64,000 bases of DNA, from assembly GCA_947176535.1 (NCBI GenBank), contig CAMWQU010000007.1:9909-73908 (forward strand), in the 5' to 3' direction. Made by a program: the position numbers and the translations under genes. This DNA comes from an uncultured Prevotellaceae bacterium (GTDB lineage Bacteria > Bacteroidota > Bacteroidia > Bacteroidales > Bacteroidaceae). Of the stretch, positions 55,826 to 63,094 are shown in pieces. Position 1 is the first letter of the stretch, and the number at the start of each line of letters is the position of its first letter. The notes under the pieces were generated by a model, which saw only the letters and a program-made list of their open reading frames with translations, did not search any database and was not told the origin of the DNA.

Positions 55826-56619
55826 CGGCGTCCGCCTCTGTGCGACCCACTTGTTGAACCTCCCCGGTTTCCACTCATCGAACTGCCTCTGTGGCTCTCG
55901 TTCACGGTGATGCGACTGCTGCTGCGTACTCCTCCGTCTCGTCCATGGCGATTGTCTAAAGAACCGTGTGAGCGATTACCCTCCACTCTTCCAGGCTGAT
56001 TTCCGTTGTTCCGGTTGTAACCGTCCTGCCGGTGACTCTCAGGCCGGAACTCTCCCCGTCTCTCTCCGCGACCGGCTCCGCGGTGCTCGTAGGGTTGTGG
56101 TTTCGGTCTTTCCGGACGTCCCACCATGCTACGCTCTCTGCCCCGCAATCCGCCGTGCCATGAGGGTCTGCGGTTGTGATAGAAGCCTCCGGCAAAGTGC
56201 AGTCTGCCGTGTCCACCCCGGTACTCCCAGAAGATAGTCGGACGATGGTAGAAGTAGTACCCGGGTCTGTAATGGCTGTATACAGGGTAGTACCATCTTC
56301 CATAGAGCCATCCTACGGGGCGGAACAGATAGTCTACGGTTGTGAAAACTCTCCACTGCCAGTCATAGAGAATGTGGCGCAGGTCATCATTGCGGTAGGC
56401 CAAATACTCTCCGCCCAAGTCAGACGCCCTGTTGAGCGAAAGCAGGTAGTCGAGGTTGATTTCGTAGGCATCGTTGTACTGTCTGTCGTTCAGGTTCAGT
56501 TCATAGGCCATTTTGTCTGTCAGGTAATACGCCTGTTCACGTGCCGTCTCGTAATCCATTGCTCTCATCCCGTTCCATGCGAGGAGCGCAAGCATCAAAG
56601 TCATCATGTACCGTTTCAT
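55822..56619 (-). CDS. Hypothetical secreted protein with an aromatic-rich core and an Arg/Gly/Ser/His-rich disordered tail
   Basis: It has a signal peptide (MKRYMMTLMLALLAWNGMRA) and a Y/W/R-rich middle region. The C-terminal approximately 120 aa are low-complexity (…GNRGGSTSGSHRGGRR). A -7 box lies upstream. Confidence 0.6.
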   Translation of the reverse strand: MKRYMMTLMLALLAWNGMRAMDYETAREQAYYLTDKMAYELNLNDRQYNDAYEINLDYLLSLNRASDLGGEYLAYRNDDLRHILYDWQWRVFTTVDYLFRPVGWLYGRWYYPVYSHYRPGYYFYHRPTIFWEYRGGHGRLHFAGGFYHNRRPSWHGGLRGRERSMVGRPERPKPQPYEHRGAGRGERRGEFRPESHRQDGYNRNNGNQPGRVEGNRSHGSLDNRHGRDGGVRSSSRITVNESHRGSSMSGNRGGSTSGSHRGGRR

Positions 56620-56645
56620 AGCATTTGTTTTTAAGTGTGATGATG

Positions 56646-56653
56646 CAAAGGTA
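56646..56653 (-). promoter_or_regulatory. -7 promoter box (TACCTTTG on the minus strand) for the 55822-56619 gene
   Basis: It is a perfect TAnnTTTG 26 nt upstream of the ATG. Confidence 0.55.
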
Positions 56654-56687
56654 CGAACAAAACGGAGCCCTGCAAATGGCTTTTTCC

Positions 56688-56815
56688 TATTCCTCCGGGG
56701 GAAAATCCCTCCCGATTTTCCTTGTCTCCCTATGCCCCCGTTTCAGTCCCGCTATGGACGAGGCTTTATCCCGCTATGGACGAGCCACGGTCGTCGGGGG
56801 GGGCTTGTCGGAGAG
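56688..56815. repeat. Repeat family 1 copy with two core units (inverted orientation) phased at 22 bp
   Basis: TCCCGCTATGGACGAG occurs twice, with CTATGGAC at 56752 and 56774. It is preceded by GCCCCCGTTTCAG and followed by ACGGTCGTCG (56787-56796). A GGAAAATC/GATTTTCC hairpin lies at 56700-56721. Confidence 0.8.
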
Positions 56816-56848
56816 GGCTACACGTGTGCGCGCGTATATATATAAGGA

Positions 56849-56891
56849 AGGGTGGGGAAAAAGAAAAAAGCCCGATGGATTATAGTCGGGC
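56849..56891 (-). terminator. Terminator of ispE, overlapping its stop codon
   Basis: The stem pairs GCCCGA (56860-56865) with TCGGGC (56886-56891). It is followed on the minus strand by TTTTTTCTTTTT. Confidence 0.75.
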
Positions 56892-57728
56892 AGAGAAAAC
56901 GAAGTGCGGGGCAAAGGCGTGCAGCGTGGCTTCGTCGGGCCGGTGGTCGAAGAGCCCGAACAGACTGCTTCCGCTGCCACTCATGGCGGCATAGATGGCT
57001 CCGAATTCGATAAGTTGTTGCTTGATGGTGGAGAGACCGGGATGGTGGGGAAATACGGTGCGCTCGAAATCGTTGCTTACAAACTGCTGCCACTCGCGGA
57101 TGGGGCGAGCAATGCTTTCGGACAGCGGGAATGCCGGCTGACAGGGTGTGACGCCTTGATAAGCCTTGCGGGTGGAGACGGCTTCGTCGGGCTTGACCAG
57201 CAGAATCCAAAGACCGCTGAGGTCGAGGTCGATGGGGGTGAACCGGTTGCCTATGCCGGTGGACAGTACGGGACGTTGGCGCACAAAAAACGGGCAGTCG
57301 GCTCCCAGGCGCACCAGACGCTGCTCCATGTCCTCCTCCGTAAGTCCGAGGCCGAAAAGCGTGTTGAGCATCTTCATCATGGCGGCGGCATCGCTGCTGC
57401 CTCCTCCCAGGCCGGCCCCGAAGGGAATATTTTTCGTAAGGCGAACGCTGACGGGGGGCACGTCGAGAGCCTCCTCGCGCAGCAACCGGACGACGCGCAT
57501 GACCAGATTGTCGGTGAACAGAGCGTCCTGACTGTCCGCAACCTCCACCCCCGTGTTTGCGAGGGCCGGGCCGCAGACCGAAAAACGGTCGTCGGCCGAC
57601 GGGCAGACTTCCAGTTCGTCGCAGAGCGGAATGGGGTAGAAGACGGTCTGCAGATTGTGATAACCGTCCGGTCGGCGCTCCGTAATGTAGAGGCCGAGAT
57701 TGATTTTAGCACAGGGAAACGTTTTCAT
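56880..57728 (-). CDS. ispE: 4-diphosphocytidyl-2-C-methyl-D-erythritol kinase
   Basis: The start at MKTFPCAKINLGLYITERRPDGYHNLQTVF matches the IspE N-terminus. The GHMP motif is IPFGAGLGGGSSDAAA. Confidence 0.92.
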   Translation of the reverse strand: MKTFPCAKINLGLYITERRPDGYHNLQTVFYPIPLCDELEVCPSADDRFSVCGPALANTGVEVADSQDALFTDNLVMRVVRLLREEALDVPPVSVRLTKNIPFGAGLGGGSSDAAAMMKMLNTLFGLGLTEEDMEQRLVRLGADCPFFVRQRPVLSTGIGNRFTPIDLDLSGLWILLVKPDEAVSTRKAYQGVTPCQPAFPLSESIARPIREWQQFVSNDFERTVFPHHPGLSTIKQQLIEFGAIYAAMSGSGSSLFGLFDHRPDEATLHAFAPHFVFSARL

Positions 57729-57733
57729 GGGTG

Positions 57734-57741
57734 CAAAAGTA
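57734..57741 (-). promoter_or_regulatory. -7 promoter box (TACTTTTG on the minus strand) for ispE
   Basis: It is a perfect TAnnTTTG only 5 nt upstream of the ispE ATG, which implies a leaderless or near-leaderless mRNA. Confidence 0.45.
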
Positions 57742-57785
57742 AAAAATAAATAACAATACACCATGCACAAGTCACAATTATTTCT

Positions 57786-57793
57786 TACTTTTG
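57786..57793 (+). promoter_or_regulatory. -7 promoter box (TACTTTTG) for the acidic-tail protein gene
   Basis: It is a perfect TAnnTTTG about 45 nt upstream of the ATG at 57839. It is divergent from the ispE promoter. Confidence 0.5.
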
Positions 57794-57838
57794 CACCACG
57801 GACAGCGCATGGTGCGCCGTAAATAGTGAATAGTGTAT

Positions 57839-58627
57839 ATGAGCAAGGAAAAGAAAGAGAAGGAAATGTTGCTGGAGTCGATTCTGGACTTGAACAGCAA
57901 CAACGTGTGGAACATAACCGAAGACGAGATAGCCCGGTTGTGGAACGAAGAACGGACGGAGGAGAGTTTCGCTTCTTCGGAGGAGAAACTGCTGAATGTC
58001 ATACGTCTGAGTTTTGAAGTGGTACACTATAATCCTGCCGACGAACGCGAGCGCAGGAAATACGAAAACGGCGAGTGGGCGACTTTCGCCCGTGTGAACG
58101 AGCGGAAAGGCATGGTGGCCGTTCGCCGCAAGTACATCAAGCGCATTACCGACCTCAGCTACGAGAACGTGAAGCACATCACCGCATCCACCCTGCTGGA
58201 ACTGATAGACCGCAATTTCGGTGGCGGATGGGATTCCATTCCGTTGAGCATCAAGGATATCATTGAGTCGTGCTTCGACGTGAGCACTACGCAGTTGCCC
58301 ACGAGCCGCATCCACGTGGCCGGTGGTACAATGGAGCGTAAACTGGCGCAGGGATTTGAAGTGTTGGAGGTGGCCAAGGGCACGTGGACGGAGGCTATCT
58401 TTGCCAAGAAAAAGGAACCCGTGCAGAAGTTGCGCTGCAATGCCGATTCGCGTTATGACGAGAACGGCAATCTGATTCAGCGCACTGACGACGACGAGGA
58501 ACTGGACGATGATAAGTCGATGATGGACGATGAGGATACCATCAACGACGACACGTTCTATTCGTCGTATGCCTCAGAAGCGGAGGTGAAGAAGGAAACC
58601 GAAGAAGGTTTCCCCATGGAAGAATAA
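57839..58627 (+). CDS. Hypothetical protein with a strongly acidic C-terminal tail
   Basis: About 260 aa. A GTG at 57833 is an alternative start. The last approximately 70 residues are D/E-rich (DDDEELDDDKSMMDDEDTINDD). I recognise no family. Confidence 0.6.
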   Translation: MSKEKKEKEMLLESILDLNSNNVWNITEDEIARLWNEERTEESFASSEEKLLNVIRLSFEVVHYNPADERERRKYENGEWATFARVNERKGMVAVRRKYIKRITDLSYENVKHITASTLLELIDRNFGGGWDSIPLSIKDIIESCFDVSTTQLPTSRIHVAGGTMERKLAQGFEVLEVAKGTWTEAIFAKKKEPVQKLRCNADSRYDENGNLIQRTDDDEELDDDKSMMDDEDTINDDTFYSSYASEAEVKKETEEGFPMEE

Positions 58628-58652
58628 GGGAAGCGGGAATGGCAACCGCCGC

Positions 58653-59405
58653 TCAGCGGCCTCTGCGGAACTCGGAGCAGGCGATGGCGGTTGCTATGGC
58701 TACGTTGAGGCTCTCCACCGTCGGGGCGTTCTCCGGGAAAGGAGGGATGAACAGGCGACGAGTGACGCACTTTGCAACCTCAGGAGATATGCCGCGCCCC
58801 TCATTGCCCATGACAATCACTCCGTTAGGTGTCAACTGTTCGTGGTAGATGTTCTGTCCGTCAAGGAATGTCCCGTAGACGGGTACCCGACTGTTTTCAA
58901 GCTCATCCACAAGATTCGTGTAGTGTACGTTCACACGTGCAATGGCTCCCATGGTGGCTTGCGTGGCCTTGGGGTTGAAGATGTCGGCGCAGTCCCCGGA
59001 ACAGAAAATGTGATGTATGCCGAACCAATCGGCCAGTCGCACGATGGTACCCAGATTGCCCGGATCCTGCACCCCGTCCAGAGCCAGCGTCAGTTCGCGG
59101 TCGGCAATTTCTGCCAACCGCGTCTCGGAACTTGGGATTTCGAACAAAGCGATGACCGACTGCGGGTGCTGCTGCAGGCTGATGCGATGCAGTTCTTCAC
59201 TGCTGACCACATCGCAGGGAACGCCTTTCAGTCGTTGGACGTTGGCACTCAGCCACTCCTCCGTGGCCGCCACGTAGCGGACGGGCAGTGTGCTCAAGCA
59301 TTCTCCGACGAGTTTGGGGCCCTCGCCGACAAATAGCCCCTCCGTCAGTCTGTTCTTTTTTCGCTCCAGACCGTGAATCTGTTTTATTCTGGCTTTGCTG
59401 ATCAT
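58653..59405 (-). CDS. TrmH/SpoU-family RNA 2'-O-methyltransferase
   Basis: SpoU motifs are LDGVQDPGNLGTIVRLADWFG, VIVMGNEGRGIS and SLNVAIATAI. The start is set at MISKARIKQ because of the -7 box at 59425-59432. Confidence 0.85.
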   Translation of the reverse strand: MISKARIKQIHGLERKKNRLTEGLFVGEGPKLVGECLSTLPVRYVAATEEWLSANVQRLKGVPCDVVSSEELHRISLQQHPQSVIALFEIPSSETRLAEIADRELTLALDGVQDPGNLGTIVRLADWFGIHHIFCSGDCADIFNPKATQATMGAIARVNVHYTNLVDELENSRVPVYGTFLDGQNIYHEQLTPNGVIVMGNEGRGISPEVAKCVTRRLFIPPFPENAPTVESLNVAIATAIACSEFRRGR

Positions 59406-59424
59406 ACGCCTTGTGAATGATGGA

Positions 59425-59432
59425 CAAAGGTA
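59425..59432 (-). promoter_or_regulatory. -7 promoter box (TACCTTTG on the minus strand) for the TrmH-family gene
   Basis: It is a perfect TAnnTTTG 19 nt upstream of the ATG at 59405. Confidence 0.55.
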
Positions 59433-59520
59433 CAATAAAATTAAGGATTAGGGCCAAAAAACAACGAATATTTGCGCATTCCGGCCTGCCGGGTTGCATT
59501 CTTTTTCCGAAATGCCCGAA

Positions 59521-59528
59521 TAATTTTG
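59521..59528 (+). promoter_or_regulatory. -7 promoter box (TAATTTTG) for the BamA/TamA-like gene, embraced by a 9-bp inverted repeat
   Basis: It matches TAnnTTTG 32 nt upstream of the GTG at 59561. CGAAATGCC (59508-59516) and GGCATTTCG (59528-59536) flank it. A second box, TACTTTTG, lies at 59549-59556. Confidence 0.45.
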
Positions 59529-59560
59529 GCATTTCGCTCACTTATTCCTACTTTTGTATC

Positions 59561-61813
59561 GTGAAACCTCACCGTTTTATACGCCTGATAGCACTGCTGT
59601 TCCTCTTGTCGGTGGCAAGCGGTTGCAGTGTGTCCCGCTTCATCCCCGAAGGCGAATACCTGCTCAATGATGTGAAAATCAAGTCTGCGGATAAGTCCGT
59701 CTCCACAACACAGATGCAGGGCTATGTGCAGCAACATCCCAATTCACGCTGGTTCAGCGTGCTGAAGGTGCCGATGGCTCCTTACCTGCTGAGTGGAACG
59801 GACACGACGAAGCGCATCAATCGCTTTCTGCAGCGGGTGGGGCAGGCCCCTGTCATCTACAGCCGGGAAAAGGCATTGAAGACGCGCGGCAACATGGAGG
59901 CCGTGGTGCGTAATATGGGTTATCTGCAGGCGAATGTGGATTTGTTGGAGCGCAAGAAGCGGTTCAAGTTGAACGCGCTCTACGACATTCAGCCCGGCAG
60001 ACGCTATGTCGTGGGTGAACTGGAACGGGCCGTGAAGAACGAGCAAATCCGTCATCTGCTTGACAGTACGGCCGCCGAATCGAAGTTGTACGTCGGTATG
60101 CCTTTTGACCTCAACGAACTGGAAGCGGAGCGGAACCGCATCAATCGCCTCCTGCGCAATAACGGATATTATCAGTTCAACAAGGAGTTTATCCGCTTCG
60201 AGGCAGACACGGCCACGCTGGGCGACCATCGCGTGGCTTTGCTGATGCTGCTGGAGGATTACCATACCGGGCAGCAGACTGTCCGGACGCCGCACCGCCA
60301 GTTCCGCATTGGTGATGTCAGTTTCGTTTCCGATACGGCGTCGGGCAATATGATTCGCGAAACTCTGTTGCGTGTGAAGAACGCCATCCAATCGGGAGAG
60401 CTGTACAGCGAACAGCATGTGCAGGAGACTTACGGGAACCTTTCGGCACTGGGGGCCGTTATGAACTCCAGTATAACCATGACTCCCGACACGACCGACT
60501 CTACCCGCTTGAATGCGCTCGTGACGGTGACCACTAACAAGCGTCATGCCTTTAATGCGGAAGTAGAGGGTACGAACTCGGCCGGCGACCTCGGGGCAGC
60601 CGTGGTACTGGCTTATCAGAACAAGAACATCTTTCGCGGTTCCGAACTCTTCAACGTGAAGTTGCGCGGAGCCTTTGAGAACATCAAGGGGCTGGAGGGC
60701 TACGAAAATCAGAACTATATCGAGTATAGTGCGGAGACGTCTTTGGCTTTCCCAGACTTTAAGCTGCCGGGCGTAAGCCGCGACTTCCGCCGGAACAGTC
60801 ACGCCGTGAGCGAGGTGTCGATTATGTTCGACAGTCAGAATCGTCCCGAGTTTCACCGCCGTGTGGTGACGGCTGCGTGGCGTTACCGTTGGAACCGCCG
60901 GAACCGGCAGTTGCAGCACCGCATCGACCTCCTTGACCTCAATTACGTCTTTATGCCCTGGATTTCAAAGACTTTCCGGGCCGACTATCTCGATAATGCC
61001 ACGTCGCGTAACGCCATCCTCCGTTACAACTACGAGGATTTGTTTATCATGAAATGGGGTTACACGTTCAGCTACACGTCGCAGCCCCTGTCCGGAGCAA
61101 CCGGAAGTTACGGAACCAATGCTTACAGCGTGCGTTTCAGTGCCGAGACATCGGGAAACCTCCTTTACGGATTCACCAATCTGTTCTCCACCAGCCGGAA
61201 CTCCGAGGGACAATACACGTTGCTGAACATCGCTTATGCCCAGTATGCCAAGGGCGACTTCAGCTTCTCCAAGAGTTTCCGCTTCTCGCCGGAGAACTCC
61301 CTGTCGTTGCACTTCGGGCTGGGACTGGCTTATCCCTACGGGAACAGCCGCATCCTGCCTTATGAGAAACGCTATTTCAGTGGCGGTGCCAACAGTGTGC
61401 GCGGTTGGTCGGTGCGCGGACTGGGCCCGGGAAAGTTCAAGGGAACGGACGGACGTATTGACTTTATCAATCAGACGGGAGACATCAAGTTGGACATGAA
61501 TCTGGAGTACCGTGCTCACCTGTTCTGGAAGATTGACGGAGCGGCCTACATAGACGCCGGTAACATCTGGACTTTCCGCAACTACGAGGAACAGCCGGGA
61601 GGGCAGTTTCGCTTCAATACGTTCTGGAGGCAGATAGCGGCTTCCTATGGCTTGGGTATCCGTCTCAACTTCAACTACTTCATCTTGCGTCTGGACAGTG
61701 GTATGAAAGCCGTTAATCCGGCTTACGATGATGTGCGTCATCACTTCCCCATCATCCATCCGCGGTTTAAGCGCGATTTTGCCTTACACTTTGCCGTCGG
61801 GCTGCCGTTCTAA
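59561..61813 (+). CDS. BamA/TamA-family outer-membrane protein (surface antigen D15 barrel)
   Basis: The probable GVG-free reading starts at VKPHRFIRLIALLFLLSVASGC, giving a signal or lipobox. The Omp85 motif is RYFSGGANSVRGW, and the terminus is aromatic (HFAVGLPF). Confidence 0.85.
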   Translation: MKPHRFIRLIALLFLLSVASGCSVSRFIPEGEYLLNDVKIKSADKSVSTTQMQGYVQQHPNSRWFSVLKVPMAPYLLSGTDTTKRINRFLQRVGQAPVIYSREKALKTRGNMEAVVRNMGYLQANVDLLERKKRFKLNALYDIQPGRRYVVGELERAVKNEQIRHLLDSTAAESKLYVGMPFDLNELEAERNRINRLLRNNGYYQFNKEFIRFEADTATLGDHRVALLMLLEDYHTGQQTVRTPHRQFRIGDVSFVSDTASGNMIRETLLRVKNAIQSGELYSEQHVQETYGNLSALGAVMNSSITMTPDTTDSTRLNALVTVTTNKRHAFNAEVEGTNSAGDLGAAVVLAYQNKNIFRGSELFNVKLRGAFENIKGLEGYENQNYIEYSAETSLAFPDFKLPGVSRDFRRNSHAVSEVSIMFDSQNRPEFHRRVVTAAWRYRWNRRNRQLQHRIDLLDLNYVFMPWISKTFRADYLDNATSRNAILRYNYEDLFIMKWGYTFSYTSQPLSGATGSYGTNAYSVRFSAETSGNLLYGFTNLFSTSRNSEGQYTLLNIAYAQYAKGDFSFSKSFRFSPENSLSLHFGLGLAYPYGNSRILPYEKRYFSGGANSVRGWSVRGLGPGKFKGTDGRIDFINQTGDIKLDMNLEYRAHLFWKIDGAAYIDAGNIWTFRNYEEQPGGQFRFNTFWRQIAASYGLGIRLNFNYFILRLDSGMKAVNPAYDDVRHHFPIIHPRFKRDFALHFAVGLPF

Positions 61814-61817
61814 ACGT

Positions 61818-61899
61818 GGACTACATTATTCGGAGGCGACCGGTTAATTATTCAGAGGCGACCGAATAATTAACCGGTCGCCTCCGAATAATGTAGTCC
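61818..61899. repeat. Perfect 36-bp-arm palindrome, repeat family 2, 4 nt after the BamA/TamA-like stop codon
   Basis: The arms are GGACTACATTATTCGGAGGCGACCGGTTAATTATTC (61818-61853) and its exact reverse complement (61864-61899). The spacer is AGAGGCGACC. TTATTC lies at 61826 and 61848, a 22-bp spacing. There is no U-tract. Confidence 0.85.
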
Positions 61900-62022
61900 T
61901 ATAACCGTTTGACCCTGACCTATACGTTCCGCGGCACCGGACAATAGGCTGATTGGCTATATGTTCTCTGGTGTGTTAAGATAATTTAACGGTATATAAT
62001 TCCTTGTTTCTGACTCTTTACT

Positions 62023-62030
62023 TACCTTTG
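62023..62030 (+). promoter_or_regulatory. -7 promoter box (TACCTTTG) for the FGE-like gene
   Basis: It is a perfect TAnnTTTG 28 nt upstream of the ATG at 62059. Confidence 0.55.
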
Positions 62031-62058
62031 CTTCCATCAATCTATTAAACGTACAAGG

Positions 62059-62859
62059 ATGAGAAGATTCTATACAACGGTAATTACTGCCATACTGTTG
62101 CTTTCAGCATACGGAGTGGAAAAGGATTTTGTGGAGACAGTGGCCGATTTGAGCATGAAGATGGTCTATGTAGAGGGCGGTGATTTCCTGATGGGAGCGA
62201 CTTCCGAACAGCGTTTTGATGCAGAAAGTGATGAACAGGTGGTTCGTCGGGTGAAGCTCGATGCTTATTACATCGGCGAATGTGAGGTTACGCAGGAGCA
62301 GTGGACAAAGGTCATGGGCACTTCTGTCTTGCAGCAGAGGGATAAAAAAGGCGTGGACTTACCTCTTGCGGGTGTCGGTTCGGACTATCCGGTGTATTAT
62401 GTAAGTTGGGAAGAGGCAACGGAGTTTTGTCGGGAACTGAGCCGGATGACGGGACGGACGTATTGCCTGCCCACTGAGGCCCAGTGGGAATATGCGGCCC
62501 GTGGCGGAAAGAATGCGGACGGCACCAGATACAGCGGTGGCTGGGCGATAGATTCTGTTGCATGGCATACATTCAATAGTGATTCGAGTACACATCCGGT
62601 CAAAAGTAAACAGGCGAACGGCCTCGGAGTGTATGACATGAGCGGTAATGTCTGGGAGTGGTGTTCGGACTGGTATTGTGATAACTATGATGCCAGTGAC
62701 ACGAATAATCCTACGGGTCCATTGACGGGTTCGCGCCGCGTGTTCCGTGGTGGTAGCTGGGATTACCGTGCCAACCTCTGTCGTGTCTCGCTTCGGGGCT
62801 ACAATGAACCCGGCAGCCGCTACTATGACTTAGGCTTTCGCGTGGTGCTTGTCCCTTAG
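62059..62859 (+). CDS. Formylglycine-generating enzyme family (SUMF1-like) protein
   Basis: It has a signal peptide. FGE-sulfatase motifs are YYIGECEVTQEQW, GVYDMSGNVWEWCSDWY and RGGSW. Confidence 0.88.
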   Translation: MRRFYTTVITAILLLSAYGVEKDFVETVADLSMKMVYVEGGDFLMGATSEQRFDAESDEQVVRRVKLDAYYIGECEVTQEQWTKVMGTSVLQQRDKKGVDLPLAGVGSDYPVYYVSWEEATEFCRELSRMTGRTYCLPTEAQWEYAARGGKNADGTRYSGGWAIDSVAWHTFNSDSSTHPVKSKQANGLGVYDMSGNVWEWCSDWYCDNYDASDTNNPTGPLTGSRRVFRGGSWDYRANLCRVSLRGYNEPGSRYYDLGFRVVLVP

Positions 62860-62880
62860 TCTGCGGGTATAATAAACGAG

Positions 62881-62918
62881 AAATCCCTTCCGTCGTTGCT
62901 GACGAAAGGGATTTTTCT
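62881..62918. terminator. Bidirectional terminator between the FGE-like gene and tRNA-Lys
   Basis: The stem pairs AAATCCCTTCCGTC with GACGAAAGGGATTT (one mismatch). T-tracts are present on both strands. Confidence 0.75.
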
Positions 62919-62919
62919 G

Positions 62920-62992
62920 TACGCCCTCAGGGGCTCGAACCCTGGACCCATTGATTAAGAGTCAATTGCTCTACCAACTGAGCTAAGGACGC
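62920..62992 (-). tRNA. tRNA-Lys (anticodon CTT)
   Basis: The reverse complement folds as GCGTCCT-TA-GCTC-AGTTGGTA-GAGC-A-ATTGA-CTCTTAA-TCAAT-GGGTC-CAGGG-TTCGAGC-CCCTG-AGGGCGT-A. The acceptor stem has two G:U pairs and CCA is not encoded. Confidence 0.88.
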
Positions 62993-63013
62993 ATCTTTGT
63001 TGGTTTGCGAGTG

Positions 63014-63021
63014 CAAAGGTA
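63014..63021 (-). promoter_or_regulatory. -7 promoter box (TACCTTTG on the minus strand) for tRNA-Lys
   Basis: It is a perfect TAnnTTTG 21 nt upstream of the mature tRNA 5' end. Confidence 0.55.
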
Positions 63022-63094
63022 CAACGTTTTCCTGAATCAACCAAATCTTTTCGCGAAAAAATGAGGAAAGTTCTCAAATATTTTCAAAAAAGGG

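Noticed and set aside
62920-62992. The tRNA-Lys and tRNA-Pro (39740-39812) genes might be integration sites for genomic islands or prophages.
   Set aside because: I found no integrase, excisionase, direct repeat of the tRNA 3' end or phage-like genes on either side. The neighbours are ordinary housekeeping genes with their own promoters and terminators.
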